The notes beneath the pieces are model-generated. The model searched no databases and was not told the DNA's origin. It saw only the letters and a program-made list of their open reading frames with translations. Source: Octopus sinensis (taxonomy: Eukaryota). From it: a stretch of DNA of 37,674 nt. The stretch's first letter is position 1. The number at the start of each line of letters is the position of its first letter. A program made the translations under genes and the position numbers. The DNA lies in assembly GCF_006345805.1 (NCBI RefSeq), contig NW_021835828.1:1-37674 (forward strand). Reading direction: 5' to 3'. Shown here piece after piece: positions 21,984 through 35,009 of the stretch.

Positions 21984-24290
21984 CAGTGGTTCTTAACCTT
22001 TTTTAAGTCAGCGCCCCTTTTGACACAATTTCGAAGCTTCAAAATTTCAGCGCCCCCCTATTATTTAATTTATTTTTTTTCAATTATAGATTTATTTGGC
22101 AATTTTTTCGCCAATTGTTTCATTTTAATATTTTCGAATATTACTTATTATTTTTTTAGAATTAAAAAGGGTATTCACAAACCAAACTTTTTTATAAAAA
22201 AATTTTAGTGACTGCCTTGTGCTTGATGGGAATTTGTCAATCGTTTTATGTCAGCTTCAATAGTCGACAGACTTAGTCTCAAATCTCCTCTATTCACAAT
22301 TTGTAATTTATTTCTTTTTTGGTCAAAATATTAGAGACTGCACTAAATCCTCTTTCAACTAGATATGTTGAAGGAAATGCTATTATAAGTGTTTCAATTT
22401 CATTCCACAATAAAGGATATTTTTTCTATGAGTAACCCAGAATTGTTGATATCCATATTTGTTGAAAATGACTTTAGCTTCAAAGTCATATTTCAGATTT
22501 AATAAATTTTCTGTTATTTCTTGAGATAAATTAACGTTTTCAGTTTCAAATGGATTTATATACCAATCAAAAAATTTTAAATTTTCTAAATCTTCAAAGC
22601 GGATTTTCATGTCATCTTTTAACATTTTTAGATGCAAGCAAAAGCATTCACAGTCAGAATCCGTTAATTTTTCGACCTAATAAATATTATTACAAAAATA
22701 ACCCCAAATTTTGTAGATTTGGAAAATTAATAAAAATCTTTTTCTTAATATTGTTTTCATAAAGTTGTAATTTTTCAATAAAAGGCATAATAATTCCTTT
22801 TACATTTATTAAATTGATATTGTTTCCTTGCAAGCTAATATTTACTTGGTTGATTTTATAAAAATATCAGCTAGATAAGCTATATCAGCTTTCAATAAAA
22901 TCAACTTACTAAAATGATTAAGGAATAATTACCTAAAAATTCTCTGCTCATGTAACTGACAAAATTCTAAGATTGAATCATACAATTCAAAAAATCGACA
23001 CAAACAGTTTCCTTTTGAAAGCCATCTAACATGGGTATGCAAAAGAAGTCGTTCATAATGCTCATCGTTTTGTTCACAAATATGTCGAAATATTCTCGAA
23101 TTCAATGGGTGCATTTTAATACGATTTATTGCACATATGACAACATTTAGTGATTCATTCAGCCTCTCACTTAAATTTTTCGCAGCTAAATGCTGTCTGT
23201 GAATGACGCAATGGATTGTAAAAATATTCGGTACTTTTTCCTTCATATATGCCAAAAACCCACGATGAACTCCAACCATCGCAGTGCCCCCATCTGTTGA
23301 ACAAGCAAAAATATTGCTAAGGGGTATTTCATGTTTCAAAAAATATTGTTCAACAGTTTTGAAAATTGTTAATCCTCTTGTATCGAGTTCAAGGTGTTCA
23401 GAAAATAAAAATTCTTCTTGAATTACATCATTTGATTAATATAACGTACGTAAACTAATAAAAGTGCAACACTATCGTTGAATGTCGATTCATCAATCTG
23501 AATTGAAAATTTTGTTGTTCTTAAAAATGCACATAGGGTTTCTTCGATATCAAATGCCATTTCATCAATTCTGGAAGAAACAGAACTATTACTCAAAGGA
23601 ATTGATGAAATTATTTGTTCAGAATCACAATCAACCATTGAATTTAACACTTCTTTGATAGCTGGTAATATTAATGACTCTCCAATAGTATGAGGTTTTC
23701 CTGATTTCGCTATCAATTGCGATATTTTGTATGATGCTATAGGCCTTTTTCAAGCATCTTCGAATTTTTTGTAAATAGTTGATTAATCATAAGACGATTT
23801 TCATAATTATATTTCAGATTAGAAAAATAATTGATATCCGCATCAAGTTTGTCAGGATGACAAATCTTAAGATGATTTAGCATTCTTGAAGGCTTCATTC
23901 CTTCATTTGTAAAGACCTTTTTACACATAAGACACATTGGAAGTGAATTGTTATGGTCGTAGGGTATCACTCCAAACTTTAGGTATTCATCCGAATATAT
24001 ACGTCGTTTTACTTTTTTATCAGACATCTATAAAATATAATTAAAATATTTATTAAAAAGTTCTAAAATATTAAATACAATTAACAAATATTTATAAATA
24101 TTATCAGTGAATAATTTTTTTACGTACACACAAGACAATTTGAATTTAGAATTAATAGAAAAGCACGTGATAATGATTTACAAAAACTAATAAAATATTT
24201 ATAATAATTAAAAAAATTAAAATTCCAGCGCCCCCCTAATATGTTCCAGCGCCCCCAGGGGGGCGCCAGCGCCCCCGTTAAGAATCACTG
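21984..24290 (-). mobile_element. Near full-length Buster/Charlie-type hAT (ZBED5/SCAND3-like transposase at about 22205-24027, frameshifted)
   Basis: TIRs CAGTG(G/A)TTCTTAAC and degenerate TSD ctctatac/ctcttac. BED-type zinc finger (PMCLMCKKVFTNEGMKPSRMLNHL), KPHTIGESLILPA, IQIDEST, HCVIHRQHL, HTHVRWLSKG and RGDLRL. Confidence 0.92.
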
Positions 24291-24699
24291 CTCTTACTAC
24301 AATCATTTTTATTTACAAATTACAAAAAACCGGTAATGTTTGTAATGTTTTCAATTCTTTAAAATTAGACAACTTAGAAGAAATTCCATGACTAGAGAAA
24401 TTGCGTAGGATGAGTAGTTTTCAGTTTATGTTCAAAAAATGAACAACCGAAATGACAGTATATGCCTATTGGGATACAATTGAGACAAAATCTAACAAAA
24501 ACCAATTCGGCATTTCAATGTTGTCTAGTCTCAAATACAGTCACTTCGGGAATACGAATATTAGGAAGCTGACAATCCGTGATATTCGGAGGGCAGAATT
24601 TTATATGTTTTTAAAAACAAAAACTCTGTGTATAGTAAAACCACAACCTTGACTGCATTAAAATGAACTACTTCTTGAATTTTTTTTACCAATTTGTGA

Positions 24700-25860
24700 T
24701 TATATGACTTAAGATAGCAGGACTCAAATATGTGAGAAAATCCGATTCACATCCAAATACTTCCACCCACCTGTCTGACACATTTCAAGACCATATGCAA
24801 CAGGCTAACGTTAAAAATACATTTCCTATACTTTAATTCGTCATATCTTAAAACTCGACGTCGATTGCTCATTCAGGATATTTGCTCATGAATAATCTCG
24901 GAAATGAAAAACGTCCATTCTTGACGCCAGCAAATCCATGTGATTGAACATAACCGAGTTTTAGAATCTCGGAAATACAAATTGGCAGAAAATAACTTTT
25001 AAATCCTTTTGCGGGCATTTAGACTCCCAAGTACCTCCTCAGACAATAGTTCATCATATTTTGAAGGAATAGTTTGATAATGTTCTTTTCATCCAACATT
25101 TTAATGGCTTCATCAAGATTTGGTGGTCTTTGGGGACAATTGACAGGATAATGTTTTGAGAGAGTGTCCTGGCATGTCAAGGTTTAGGAAACCAGAATAT
25201 GACGACATTCAGAAGCCATTATGTCTGTGTCGCAATCGGGAGTGTTTGTGCTAACCATGAATAATTGGACTACTAATTGAACAAACTGGAGAGTTTAATT
25301 AGTAGGAATACATACCATAGTCATTTGCACCTTAAGAAGATACGATTGTTCATTTTCAACGATTTGGCTTTGCTCTGAGTGTTGAATTTGATCTTTTCTT
25401 TCAACACGTGAATCTCGGAGCTCGTTTATTTTAAGAAGTTCTTTTTCTAAAAATATATATTGTTGGACTTAAATTTAAAATTAAATATAAAATAATATCA
25501 ATTAAAAATCAACTGGAAAAACGTCCGATGTTGTAGTCTTCTTGATTCACTTCTTCAACCGAACAAGGATCAATTTCGCTTTTGAGGGATATAAATCTAA
25601 ACAACTTTTACTTTAAAAAAACTTTTGTGGTTTGACAGTAATCAATAGATCGCGCCATGTTTTTTGACTTGGAAACTTGTTCTTGGGATAGTTCAGTAAA
25701 TCGAGAGATTTCGTCCATTCCTTCGTTAATTTGGACTTTTGAACGAGTCCGATGTCCGAGAGCTTTCATCCTGGTTATGGTTTATACATTTATTTATTTT
25801 TACATTGTTAAAAATGTTTTCAATGCCGTTATTTTGATGATTACTTTCTTTCATCTCAGC
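24700..25860 (-). pseudogene. Unidentified multi-exon gene remnant with micro-introns
   Basis: Long near-open frames joined in frame by a clear 30-nt GTATGT...CTAAT...CCAG intron (25286-25315), plus further candidate introns. In-frame stops are present; no family recognised. Confidence 0.4.
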
Positions 25861-26029
25861 ACTTAAATAATAAATAAATTTTATTAAGAAATTAAAAACA
25901 AATTATTATTACAATTTATTAAAATTTTTCTGTTGTGAATGATTTTGAAACTACAATTTAGTCGAGTGTACTGATGAAGATTTTATTATTATTATTATTA
26001 TTTAAGCCAAAAACAGAATCACCGTCTTA

Positions 26030-27000
26030 ACATTAACTAACGTGTTCAGGTGATTCCGACACTTCTCAACAGTCTAGCCATCTTTTCACGATGTTCAGAC
26101 CGTGACCCACACACTTTCTGTAGTACGGTGAAATGCTTGTGGTCCATCTCCACGATCCCTCCCACTTGCCTATACAAGAGACTCCAGTGTTCGATGGACA
26201 ATTTTCATGTCGGTATGGTCCTTCAGTATGTTTATGGATTTTTCTTGGATTTTCTCGATGTTAGTTGGTTCGTTGCCGCCAGGTTACAGCCCCAAGCAGC
26301 ACATGCATAGCCTATTGTTGGCTCGATATACTGCTTGTAAAAGGGTCTCTACCCCTGGCGGACAAGTTCTCCCACAGTTCGAAAGAAAGGCTTTCACAAG
26401 ATTGATTTTCTTTATACAAGTTGACACGATCGATTCAACATGAGGTGAGAAAAAAGAGAAAGTGTCAAACGTTACACCCAATATCTTCTGTGTTTTCTTT
26501 GGTGGTATTGGGACTCCATTCAGCGTGACTTCAATAGTTTTCGTCCCATCTTCCGTTTTTCGTGAATAGGGTGACTGCTGACTTTTCGGAACATGCATGT
26601 AGTCTGTTTTCATATAGCCATCCATATAATTCGTTTCAGTATTCTTTGTAGTCTTTCCTTCGCGTATTCGACATTTACATCCCTTGATGCGACAACTATG
26701 TCATCGCATAGGAGAGTAGTATGTCATTATTATCCATAGGAACCGGGAGATCATTCAGAAACAGTTGAAGAGGGTCGGGGATTAAAGGAGAACCCTGGGG
26801 TACACCATTGGCAAAAAGCGTGATCTTGAACTCTCGTTCCCGACGCACACTTTCCCACGACGTCCGCTCAAAAAATTCGCTATCCATAGCTTCATAGGTG
26901 TAGAAAATATTTGTACCAAATATCTTTGAATTAGGATCTTCCTTGGGACGGAGTCAAACGCTTTTGAATGTCGATAGTGCCATACAATGATTCTCCTGCA
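26030..27000 (-). mobile_element. Decayed LINE reverse transcriptase (I/Jockey-like)
   Basis: GVPQGSPL, LFLNDLP, LLSYA(D)D and KILGVTFD motifs. Several frameshifts. Confidence 0.85.
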
Positions 27001-27617
27001 ATTCTTCTTTTGTGTCCTTCATTTATGAAATCTGTTAGTGTGGTGAGGAAGGAGGTCGCTGACAATCCTTCCTTGATCCATGTTGAAATGTGGTTGTGGG
27101 AGGAAAGGGCGAAATTACGAAAATTGTGGATTGTGGATTGAAATAAGTATTACATAATAATTTGATAAAATAGATTAATAATAATTTTGTAATTAAATAT
27201 GACGAATATTCAATTCAAAATGTAGCTGTGAAGTCAAAATAAAAGTATAGGTAAAATAGTAATAACAAAAGAAGAAAGAAAAAGAGCCCAAATATTTACA
27301 GCTTACCAATCGAATTTAGAACTGGAATTAAGATACTGTTAAATTAAGGAGTGCCCATGTCAAACCTATATCGAAGGGTAGAAAGTATTGAGGACAATAA
27401 AAGTGGTGGAAAAGTATGAAAATTACACAAGTACACTGGATCCATATGGCTGATGTTATTTAACCAAACTTGCTCCCAAACTTGTGAGATTTAGAAGCAT
27501 CTTATCTAAAATAGAATATCTCAGTGTTTAAATCAACAGTGTTTAATGTTTTTTACAAATTTGAAGTTAAATCAAAGACAGTTAGAAAAAGAGAAAGTTT
27601 GCTTAAGACTACGCAGT

Positions 27618-27695
27618 TTAGGGCGCCCTCCCAGCCGCACGGATTGCGGAACAGTTTCCGCGGATTACGGTAATGGAGAGGCGTTGAAGAAGCCC
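27618..27695 (-). mobile_element. CRE-clade 3' tip
   Basis: GLLQRLSITVIRGNCSAIRAAGRAP*. Confidence 0.65.
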
Positions 27696-29199
27696 ACTTT
27701 AAAAGATTCCAGGATGTTTATTTAATGAATTTATTCTACTAAACTTTTAATAATGTTAGGTTGAAGTAGGAAAAGGCCATTTAGAGGTCAATGAAAATTC
27801 AAGAAAAAGCACTGTTGAACAATTTTTGGTACTTTAGAGTAAAGATATTCGACCAATTGGAATCAACCGTAATGTTTATATTTAGAGAAATTAAGCAAAA
27901 TCAATTTGCACTAAAAATGCAATGTGGTGGGGGCTAATTTTTCGATGAAGTTTTCATTTGATCGATTTCACATCGATATGATGTTTTAGACTTGCACGCT
28001 TAAAGTTCAAGAGCTAAAAAAGTACACTCAGAAGAGAGATAGCATGCTATGCATACTTCCGAATGAAGAGTGTTTAACGTCGCGGAAATTTCATATACAC
28101 GTATTCATGAAAAGGAACGATTTTTGTTTTTTAATTGCTTATTATGCGAAGAGAAACAGAAACTACTGAAGAGCATTTGTGGTTAGTTTACGGAAATATT
28201 GGACAGTATCCGTACAGAAAATAAGTTTGGAATGATTCCAACTGAAGAATCCCAAATGACTCAGTTACAAATGAAACAACGGAGGAAGGGAGGAAGCTTG
28301 TCAGTAGGCCATTGGATCGAACTGAGAATGACCACAGACTAGGGCGATCTGGAAGATAGATGATGTGTTCCCATCGAAGAGATTGGCTCTGGCTCGAAGA
28401 GGAGGAGAATCCACTGAAAGAAGATGCATTAAGTAGAAATTAATAATTGTGACCGGTTACCAATTAGATACGTTTTAATACGAGCAGCTAAAAATCGATA
28501 CTCATATACTGATTTAGAAAGTCAAATAACAAAACACACAAACGTTCCATACTAATGATAGATAAAATAAGTTCTATACTAATGATTGCAAATTATAACT
28601 TACTTATTCTAAGTTATGACAATAAATATTTGATCAAAAAAATGAGAATGAGATTAGGTGCAAGCTAAGCTGCAAGGGTCAGCTCAACAACGACGACGTA
28701 CCACATATGAATGGCTGTTTGGGCAGCATTGTCCCCAAAGAAGAGTCAAGATGCACCCTCCTGAAGACTCGATTGCGGTGTTACACTGAAATAAATTTTG
28801 ATTGATTAAAGTAAATTGCTGAACACCTTTCTGATCATTTTCGGAAAAGATGTAGAAAATCTTTGTTCCTGTTATCACCTTAATAATCTTATATTAAAAT
28901 TAATTTGTAAGAAAATCTTACAACTTGGCGTTGTAGAATTACTACAAGTTTGCTTTAAAATATTCAAATTATTCACTAATCATTTTTATTTTTGATAAAT
29001 AAATGTCATTGGAATTAATTTTGTTTTAAGCTATTCTAGCTTCGCTGAGTCTCTGCTATTTTCTTCAATCACACTACATCTTCTGCTTTTAGATCAATCA
29101 TTCCCGTGGCAGATACTCCTTTAACATGTGCTCATTTAAGGCACTTTCCGTGTTTTTTTATTATTGTCAACATACACCCGTCTGACAACTGGATCGCCG

Positions 29200-29302
29200 A
29201 TTTTAAAAATAGGAATATCAATTAAAAAATTGGAAACAAATCCTCCAGAATTCCAAAAATTTCGATCAGGAACCAAAAATGGCGGATCGAAAGAGTTTAC
29301 TG
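29200..29302 (-). mobile_element. Orphan Tc1/pogo-type terminus
   Basis: The reverse complement reads TA|CAGTAAACTCTTTCGATCCGCC, a pogo-like TIR start. No partner end was found. Confidence 0.45.
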
Positions 29303-29714
29303 TATTTACATTTTGTAATTTCTAATTAACATTTCACTAAAAATTTTTTAAAAATATTTTTTACACCAAGAATAATCCGTAGGGCAAAATTAAAATGTCA
29401 TTTATATATTTTTATTAATTTTGACCGGTCTTTAGTTAACCCAGGTTGACAAAAGCCGTTGCCATTAAACACCGACACGAATTATCGTAAAAAAAATTGC
29501 TAATCGAATGACGAATTCCTTCCCGTTGCGAGTATGCAATAATATTTTTCTCTCAAAAAAGAATAATTTTTTAAATTTCTAATGATACTTCCTTCTATGA
29601 TCGATTATTTTTTAATGGTCTGTTCTAACAAAATTGTGTGAAATGAGTCTAATCCAACCGAAGGCCAACCCCAAATTCTGCTTTTAAATCTATTATCTAA
29701 TAATGTATCATTTA

Positions 29715-29895
29715 TACGCTGGATTCCCCTCAATACTGGAACCAGTTAGGCTAGACCAAAAACGTCCTGACAAGTCTACAATATTCCTGTTCAAGACAGA
29801 AGTCACGACAGTCGAGCTGGCTTTTCCAACGGATATCGCTCGCGATATTACGTAAAAATTGCCTGTCCATCCGTACGGTGACTAATTCAAATTAA
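29715..29895 (+). mobile_element. Internally deleted CRE-clade 3' fragment
   Basis: YAGFPSILEPV.LD..KRPD and WLFQRISLAILRKNCLSIRTVTNSN*. Confidence 0.7.
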
Positions 29896-30025
29896 CTTCC
29901 CTACCTTATTAACTATTCAGTATTTAAATAAAATATTGTATTCATCAAAAGAAAAAATCAAATTTGTCACGTAAATTATTAAAATTCAAAAAATATTTTT
30001 ATACAAAACATCGTTGCAAATAATA

Positions 30026-30130
30026 CAGTCAAACCCTGGATAGTCTCCACCCCACTTAGTCGCCACTTTTTACGAAAAATAAAATTTTATAGGAAAAATT
30101 CAGTTACTTGGAAATTTCTGTTACTGGCCA
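30026..30130 (+). mobile_element. Orphan pogo/Tigger-type terminus
   Basis: TA|CAGTCAAACCCTGGATAGTC...CACCCACTTAGTCGCCAC. Confidence 0.5.
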
Positions 30131-30199
30131 CTTTGTCAATTTTTTAAGTTAAAATAAAATAGTTAAATTTAGAAAAATTAAAAAATTTGGCCTTTTGGG

Positions 30200-30345
30200 A
30201 ATTATATTTGATATTGTGTTCGTAGATTCCTCTATTGACAACATCAAGTCTATTCCTCGATTTTGTATGTCGTACTACTTTTCTAAAGCCACATTCAATT
30301 AAATAGGTAGATGCAAAGCAATTAAAAATTGACTTGTCCATAGAT
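30200..30345 (-). mobile_element. Buster-type hAT transposase C-terminal fragment
   Basis: FASTYLIECGFRKV..TKSRNRLDVVNRG matches the C-terminal motif of the element at 21984-24290. Confidence 0.6.
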
Positions 30346-30839
30346 TTGGGAATTTTTTGGTAAATCAGTGTAACCTAAAACGTCATGATGTCAGATTGCA
30401 AATCCATGTCTTTTTGTTTCGATCTCAACTGCGAAAAGTTTTATGATGAATGGATCAATAATCCATGGGGGATAATTAATATAAAATATCTATATGTCGT
30501 GTTTTAAAAATATTAACATTTTTTTTATTGAACAAACGAAAAGTTCAGAAGTAAGGTGAATAAACTTCGCTCTGGAACACACCTACAAAATAAAATATAC
30601 GTTAATTTTTATAATTTTTATTCAAAATTTAAATTAGAATGTTAGCGACACGTCAACAAGCTTGGATTCCTACTGGCTGAAACAGAATATAACATCAAAA
30701 GGACAACACTTCTGAGGTACTGAGGTAGCAATAAAAAACTCAAAGGAGGACAACACTTCCGAAAGAACTCAATGTCAATCTACGGATGCATATGTAAATT
30801 TATTTTAAAGTCGATAATATTGTTAAATGTTGGCACTTG

Positions 30840-31150
30840 TGCCTGTATGAATGTGAAATCAACGGCTTTCAGTGCGTTTTACAAAAAACAGCTTGGGATT
30901 TTATTTGTAATGCACTGGCCTGCCAGAATTTCAAATGCTGGAATTTACAACAAATGCACAAGTAGGCCTTAAGCCTGGATATCACTGACGCCAAATGAAA
31001 ACTGTATGGCCATATTCTGCGTGTAAATTTCGCTGCCCCAGCTAATCTGGCGATGGAGGATTATTTCATGTTTGAGAGGGAATGCTTTCGTGGTCGACCA
31101 AGGATGACGTTACCAGTTGTATTACACAATGACTTCCAAAAAATGAAGAA
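30840..31150 (+). mobile_element. LINE (RTE-like) 3' end fragment
   Basis: KQL..I..HWPARISN..IYNKC, LYGHILR, PANLAMEDYF and FRGRPRMTLPVVLHND. Confidence 0.7.
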
Positions 31151-31293
31151 GTGGCTAAAGTCAAGTGAAAATCACATTTATTTTTCAGCCTGTTCATGCA
31201 AGATAACTTTTTTATTGTTATCATAATTAATTAAAGTTTAAATTAATTATATTTTCTACATTTGAATAATTTCTCACCTGTAGTTCTAGTGGC

Positions 31294-32035
31294 ATGTACG
31301 GACAAGACAATCTCTCGATGAAGAAACGAGTATCAAATATTTTAATATCACTAGTTTGTGGCCGAAGGTCTACTAAGAACTGAACTAAAGTCAACAATGA
31401 TGAGAATATTCCGTGAAGAGGGATTATCGGATGTCTCCATTCGTCATCATCCAAAGAAGATTGAAATTGTCCTAATGGCCACTCGCCCTCAGCAAATCGC
31501 TGCTGATCGGGGATTGAAGATTAGAGAAATGAAAGGACTGATATCTTCTCGCTTTGGATTCCCCACAGATCAAATCGAAGTACTCTATTTGTTAGTTAGT
31601 CAAGATATCTGTCGAACGTCTTCAAGATAAAGGGCTTAGTGCAGTGGCACAGGTGGAGTCTATTCGTTACAAGCTGATAAGTGGGTTGGCGGTGAGGAGG
31701 GCAGCCCATTCGACTATCAAGTTATGCATGGGGGCGGGTGCAAACGGAGTTGAGGTCAAAGTGTCCGGAAAACTTCGCGGTCAGAGGGCCAGGTGTTCTA
31801 AATTTGTGGACGGTTATTTGATTCACTCCGGGGATGCTCCCAACTACTATTTGGACAGGGCTGTGACAGGGATTCAGATGAAATCAGGTAATGACTATTC
31901 ATATTTGTAGGTGTCATCGGTATACAAGTCACTATTATGAAGCCACATGACCCAACTGGCGTCAAGGGACCTAAAAAATTGTTGCCTGACAGTGTCACTA
32001 TCATTAATCCTAAGGATTTGACTAATAAATCCTAA
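31294..32035 (+). CDS. RPS3: 40S ribosomal protein S3, intact, 222 aa; exons 31294-31329, 31355-31579, 31605-31887, 31911-32035
   Basis: Spliced frame is open for 669 nt: KKR|[47 protein letters not shown]|VIGI, DPTG..GPKK.LPD.V.I..PKD. GT-AG introns of 25, 25 and 23 nt. Confidence 0.97.
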
Positions 32036-32159
32036 GGACAAGTCATCTAAAGTTTAACAATGTCTCTCTATTTGGTTTATTGCTTCTTCTTTTACTGAAT
32101 TCAAATATCATTTTTATTTTTTTGTTGTTACATGCATGTTGGTTTTTGACGCTATGAAC

Positions 32160-32345
32160 AGAAACTTTTCTGACGACCAATCTACAGAGATTCATAACAG
32201 TTCCGTGTTGTTTTCATGGAGTAATAATATACCAAGCAGTACTTTCTGGTGATGTCAACAGTGTAAAAATCTTCCATATTTTTTTACCTTTTTGGTAGGC
32301 TGTTACAACTTTTTGTTTTAGGTCCAAAGAATACTCTTTCCTTGT
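32160..32345 (-). mobile_element. Tc1-family transposase N-terminal (paired-like HTH) remnant
   Basis: RKEYSLDLKQKVVTAYQKGK...PESTAWYII..*KQHGTV.N..R.GR after frameshift correction. Confidence 0.6.
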
Positions 32346-32899
32346 ATTTACATTATAATAATCAGAATCCATTAATCATTTTCATTGAAATTACAGCCAA
32401 TCAATCATTTCCAGGTAAAAAGAAGCTACCAACAAAAAGAAGTAAAGAAGGATAATCATTCATATCTTATTGCAGAAAAATCTATATTTTCTTAATAGTC
32501 TCATCATTTTTTTTCTGGATAAAATTTGAAATTTTTCATTTAAAGTGTAGTTTCTCACATTAATCTGTTATTAGACATTATATTTTTTCCCCTTTTCTTC
32601 ATATGGGGATTCAAATCTGTGTAGTTTCAATGAAAGATTCGTCCCCACAATCTTTTAAAATTCTAACCTAAACTGTTTTTATTTAATTATATCTCATTTC
32701 TTAATTCAAAATCATATTTTGACTTGTGTACTACCATCTTTTTATTCATTCTTTTAAAATAAAATGAATTCATTTCTGGAGGAGTAAAATCAAAAATTTT
32801 ATCATTCGTTTCTAAAAAATACATCGTATATTTTCTATCAAGTTTATCTACTACAAACGAGGCCTCATTATTTTCATCTAACTTATAAGTGAGATTATA

Positions 32900-33120
32900 A
32901 CCTAATATTTCACGAATGGCACGTTAAATTCCAGATATATCTCTATACTTTTTGAAGAAAGTCTCATTTATTGCCGAGTGATGTGTCGTATTATAAAAAC
33001 GTAACTTTGTCTAAAAAATGTTTCCAATTTTTATTATCTATCAGTTTTTCCATACCCCGTGTCAATGTTTGATTAAAGCGCTCAATTACACCCTATTTCT
33101 GCAAATTATTTTCTTTCTGC
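32900..33120 (-). mobile_element. Gypsy-type integrase core remnant
   Basis: GVIERFNQ..NWKHFLDKVT..YNTTHHSAINE. Confidence 0.55.
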
Positions 33121-33775
33121 AAATAGCCATCCTTTTTTTATCAGTTTCATGTCGCTAATCGCTATTTACAAATGGCACGAGCTATTTATAAACAGTGATC
33201 TTCAAGTGATCATAGTTAAACAAAAGATTTAGTTCAGTCCTCTCTCCTAGTAGAAAAAAACTTCATTAAAAGCTGGGCTTTTCATTTAATTTTCGGATTT
33301 GCTAGTTAGACTTGGCTGACTTTTTTTCTTTCTAGAAATCGATCTTGGAATCTCTTTTGCTTTTTTGATCAGAGTCAACCTTACATCCTTCCAATTTACA
33401 CGGAATCCTATTTATATCCCCCTACAAGTAAAATTACTGAACTCTAAATCGCTGTTTCCTCCCAATCTGACTTTACAAATGAAGCGATAGAAGATTTAAA
33501 AAAACAGGGTATTTCCACTAAAATCTAAAAATGACCAAACGAAAAAAACTCTAGCCCAACGCACAAACTCAGCTGTTTACGAGTTAGTCACAGCCTTTCT
33601 GAAGCAGTGGACTTTAACATGATGGAAAAAACTCTCTCTTAAGCAGGCACCACCTATACGGATGGTTCTACTATCGAACATAGATATCTTAGACGATGAG
33701 TGTCAAACATGCAGGCCGCAAACTTCATGTTCAACACTAATAAAACAGTACCGTGCAGTCCGATTTTATGTCTAG

Positions 33776-34530
33776 CAGTGATTCTCAACATTTGTAGCTC
33801 AAGGGCCAGATCAATAATTAAGAGTAAGAGTTCTCAATCTTTTTAGCTTAAGGACTAAATCGATAATTATGAGTATCATTCCGGGCCGCACAAAAAATAT
33901 TTTATTTGATCAAAAAAGGCTTTATTAGTTAATAAGAGAATCAATGTGAGACTTGATTTTGCTTGGCGTCTACTATTTTATTGAAAAGAGGGGTAAAGTT
34001 CAAAGACAAAGTTCGTAAAGTTGAATTAGGTGTTCACTAGTTAGTCGATTTCGATACTTACTTTTTATTCGCATAAGTTTACTGAAAAGATTTACACATC
34101 ATACGTTTTTCCAAAGACTGATGCATTTTTTAGCATTATCGACCAAGTTCGGATATTTTCATTCTCGAATTTGACTCCAAAAATCCAATAGTTTACTTTA
34201 ATTAAATAGCGCTGTAAATCTGCCTCAATTTAAATTAGCTCCAGCTCATACATGAAGCGGTTGCAGTATTTGTTCCCATAGGTGACGGAAATATTTTCAT
34301 AATATGTAGAACTTTTATAAAATCATTCAAACGTGTTTCAAATTCATCGATTAAATCACTAATAACAGAGATATATTTTTCGATTGAGTTCCCTATTTTT
34401 TTAATGATATCAAAACTTTCTTGACACTTTTTTACTTGCCCAAGACGATCCACCGTCTCTATTTGATGAGAATGCCCGTCATATCAACATACCACTCAGG
34501 AAAGTTTTAATAACTGACTAATCAGGCAAT
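33776..34530 (-). mobile_element. Truncated GTF2IRD2-like hAT related to 17878-18680, with tandemly repeated end sequence
   Basis: cagtgattctcaacatttgtagctcaagggcc (33776) and a second ttctcaatctttttagcttaaggac copy (about 33830) resemble 17878-17950. Internal ISDLIDEFETRLNDF..FPSP is a transposase remnant. Confidence 0.65.
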
Positions 34531-34579
34531 ACATAATTTCATCATTTATTTTTTAAAAAGTGTTAATAAATATTTAATT

Positions 34580-34670
34580 AGCAGCAGAGGATAAGATGAA
34601 TGGCAATTCTCACGCAAGATCACTATTGATACGCTTTGGAATAGCCATGTCCGTTCCCGATGATCGTTTC
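34580..34670 (-). mobile_element. CRE-clade 3' tip
   Basis: DHRERTWLFQSVSIVILRENCHS. Confidence 0.6.
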
Positions 34671-35009
34671 TCTTTGATCGTTTCTCCTTGAATATATAAT
34701 AATTATAAGCAATTTTTAATCGATTTTTAAACAATCAGAATTAAACTCTGTATTATTCAAAGATGAGAAATCGCCTAAATTACTTTATTACAATATTTCA
34801 TTAAAGTATTTTGTAAAAAATAAAATAATAAATTTATGTAAACATGCTTTTGAATTTTTGTTAGTGCTATTCTTTGCAGTTTGAGATCCGGATATTACAT
34901 TTCGGAAATTGACCTGCATACCTTGTTTTCGATTGATTATTATTCTATCGCACAAAATTTAATCTATAATATAAATCTATATATGCGAGCTCTTTAAGTT
35001 TGATCAGAT

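Noticed and set aside
31270-31293. Trans-splice or 5' UTR acceptor (cctgtag) just upstream of the RPS3 ATG
   Set aside because: An AG near a start codon is common by chance; this needs 5' cDNA evidence.
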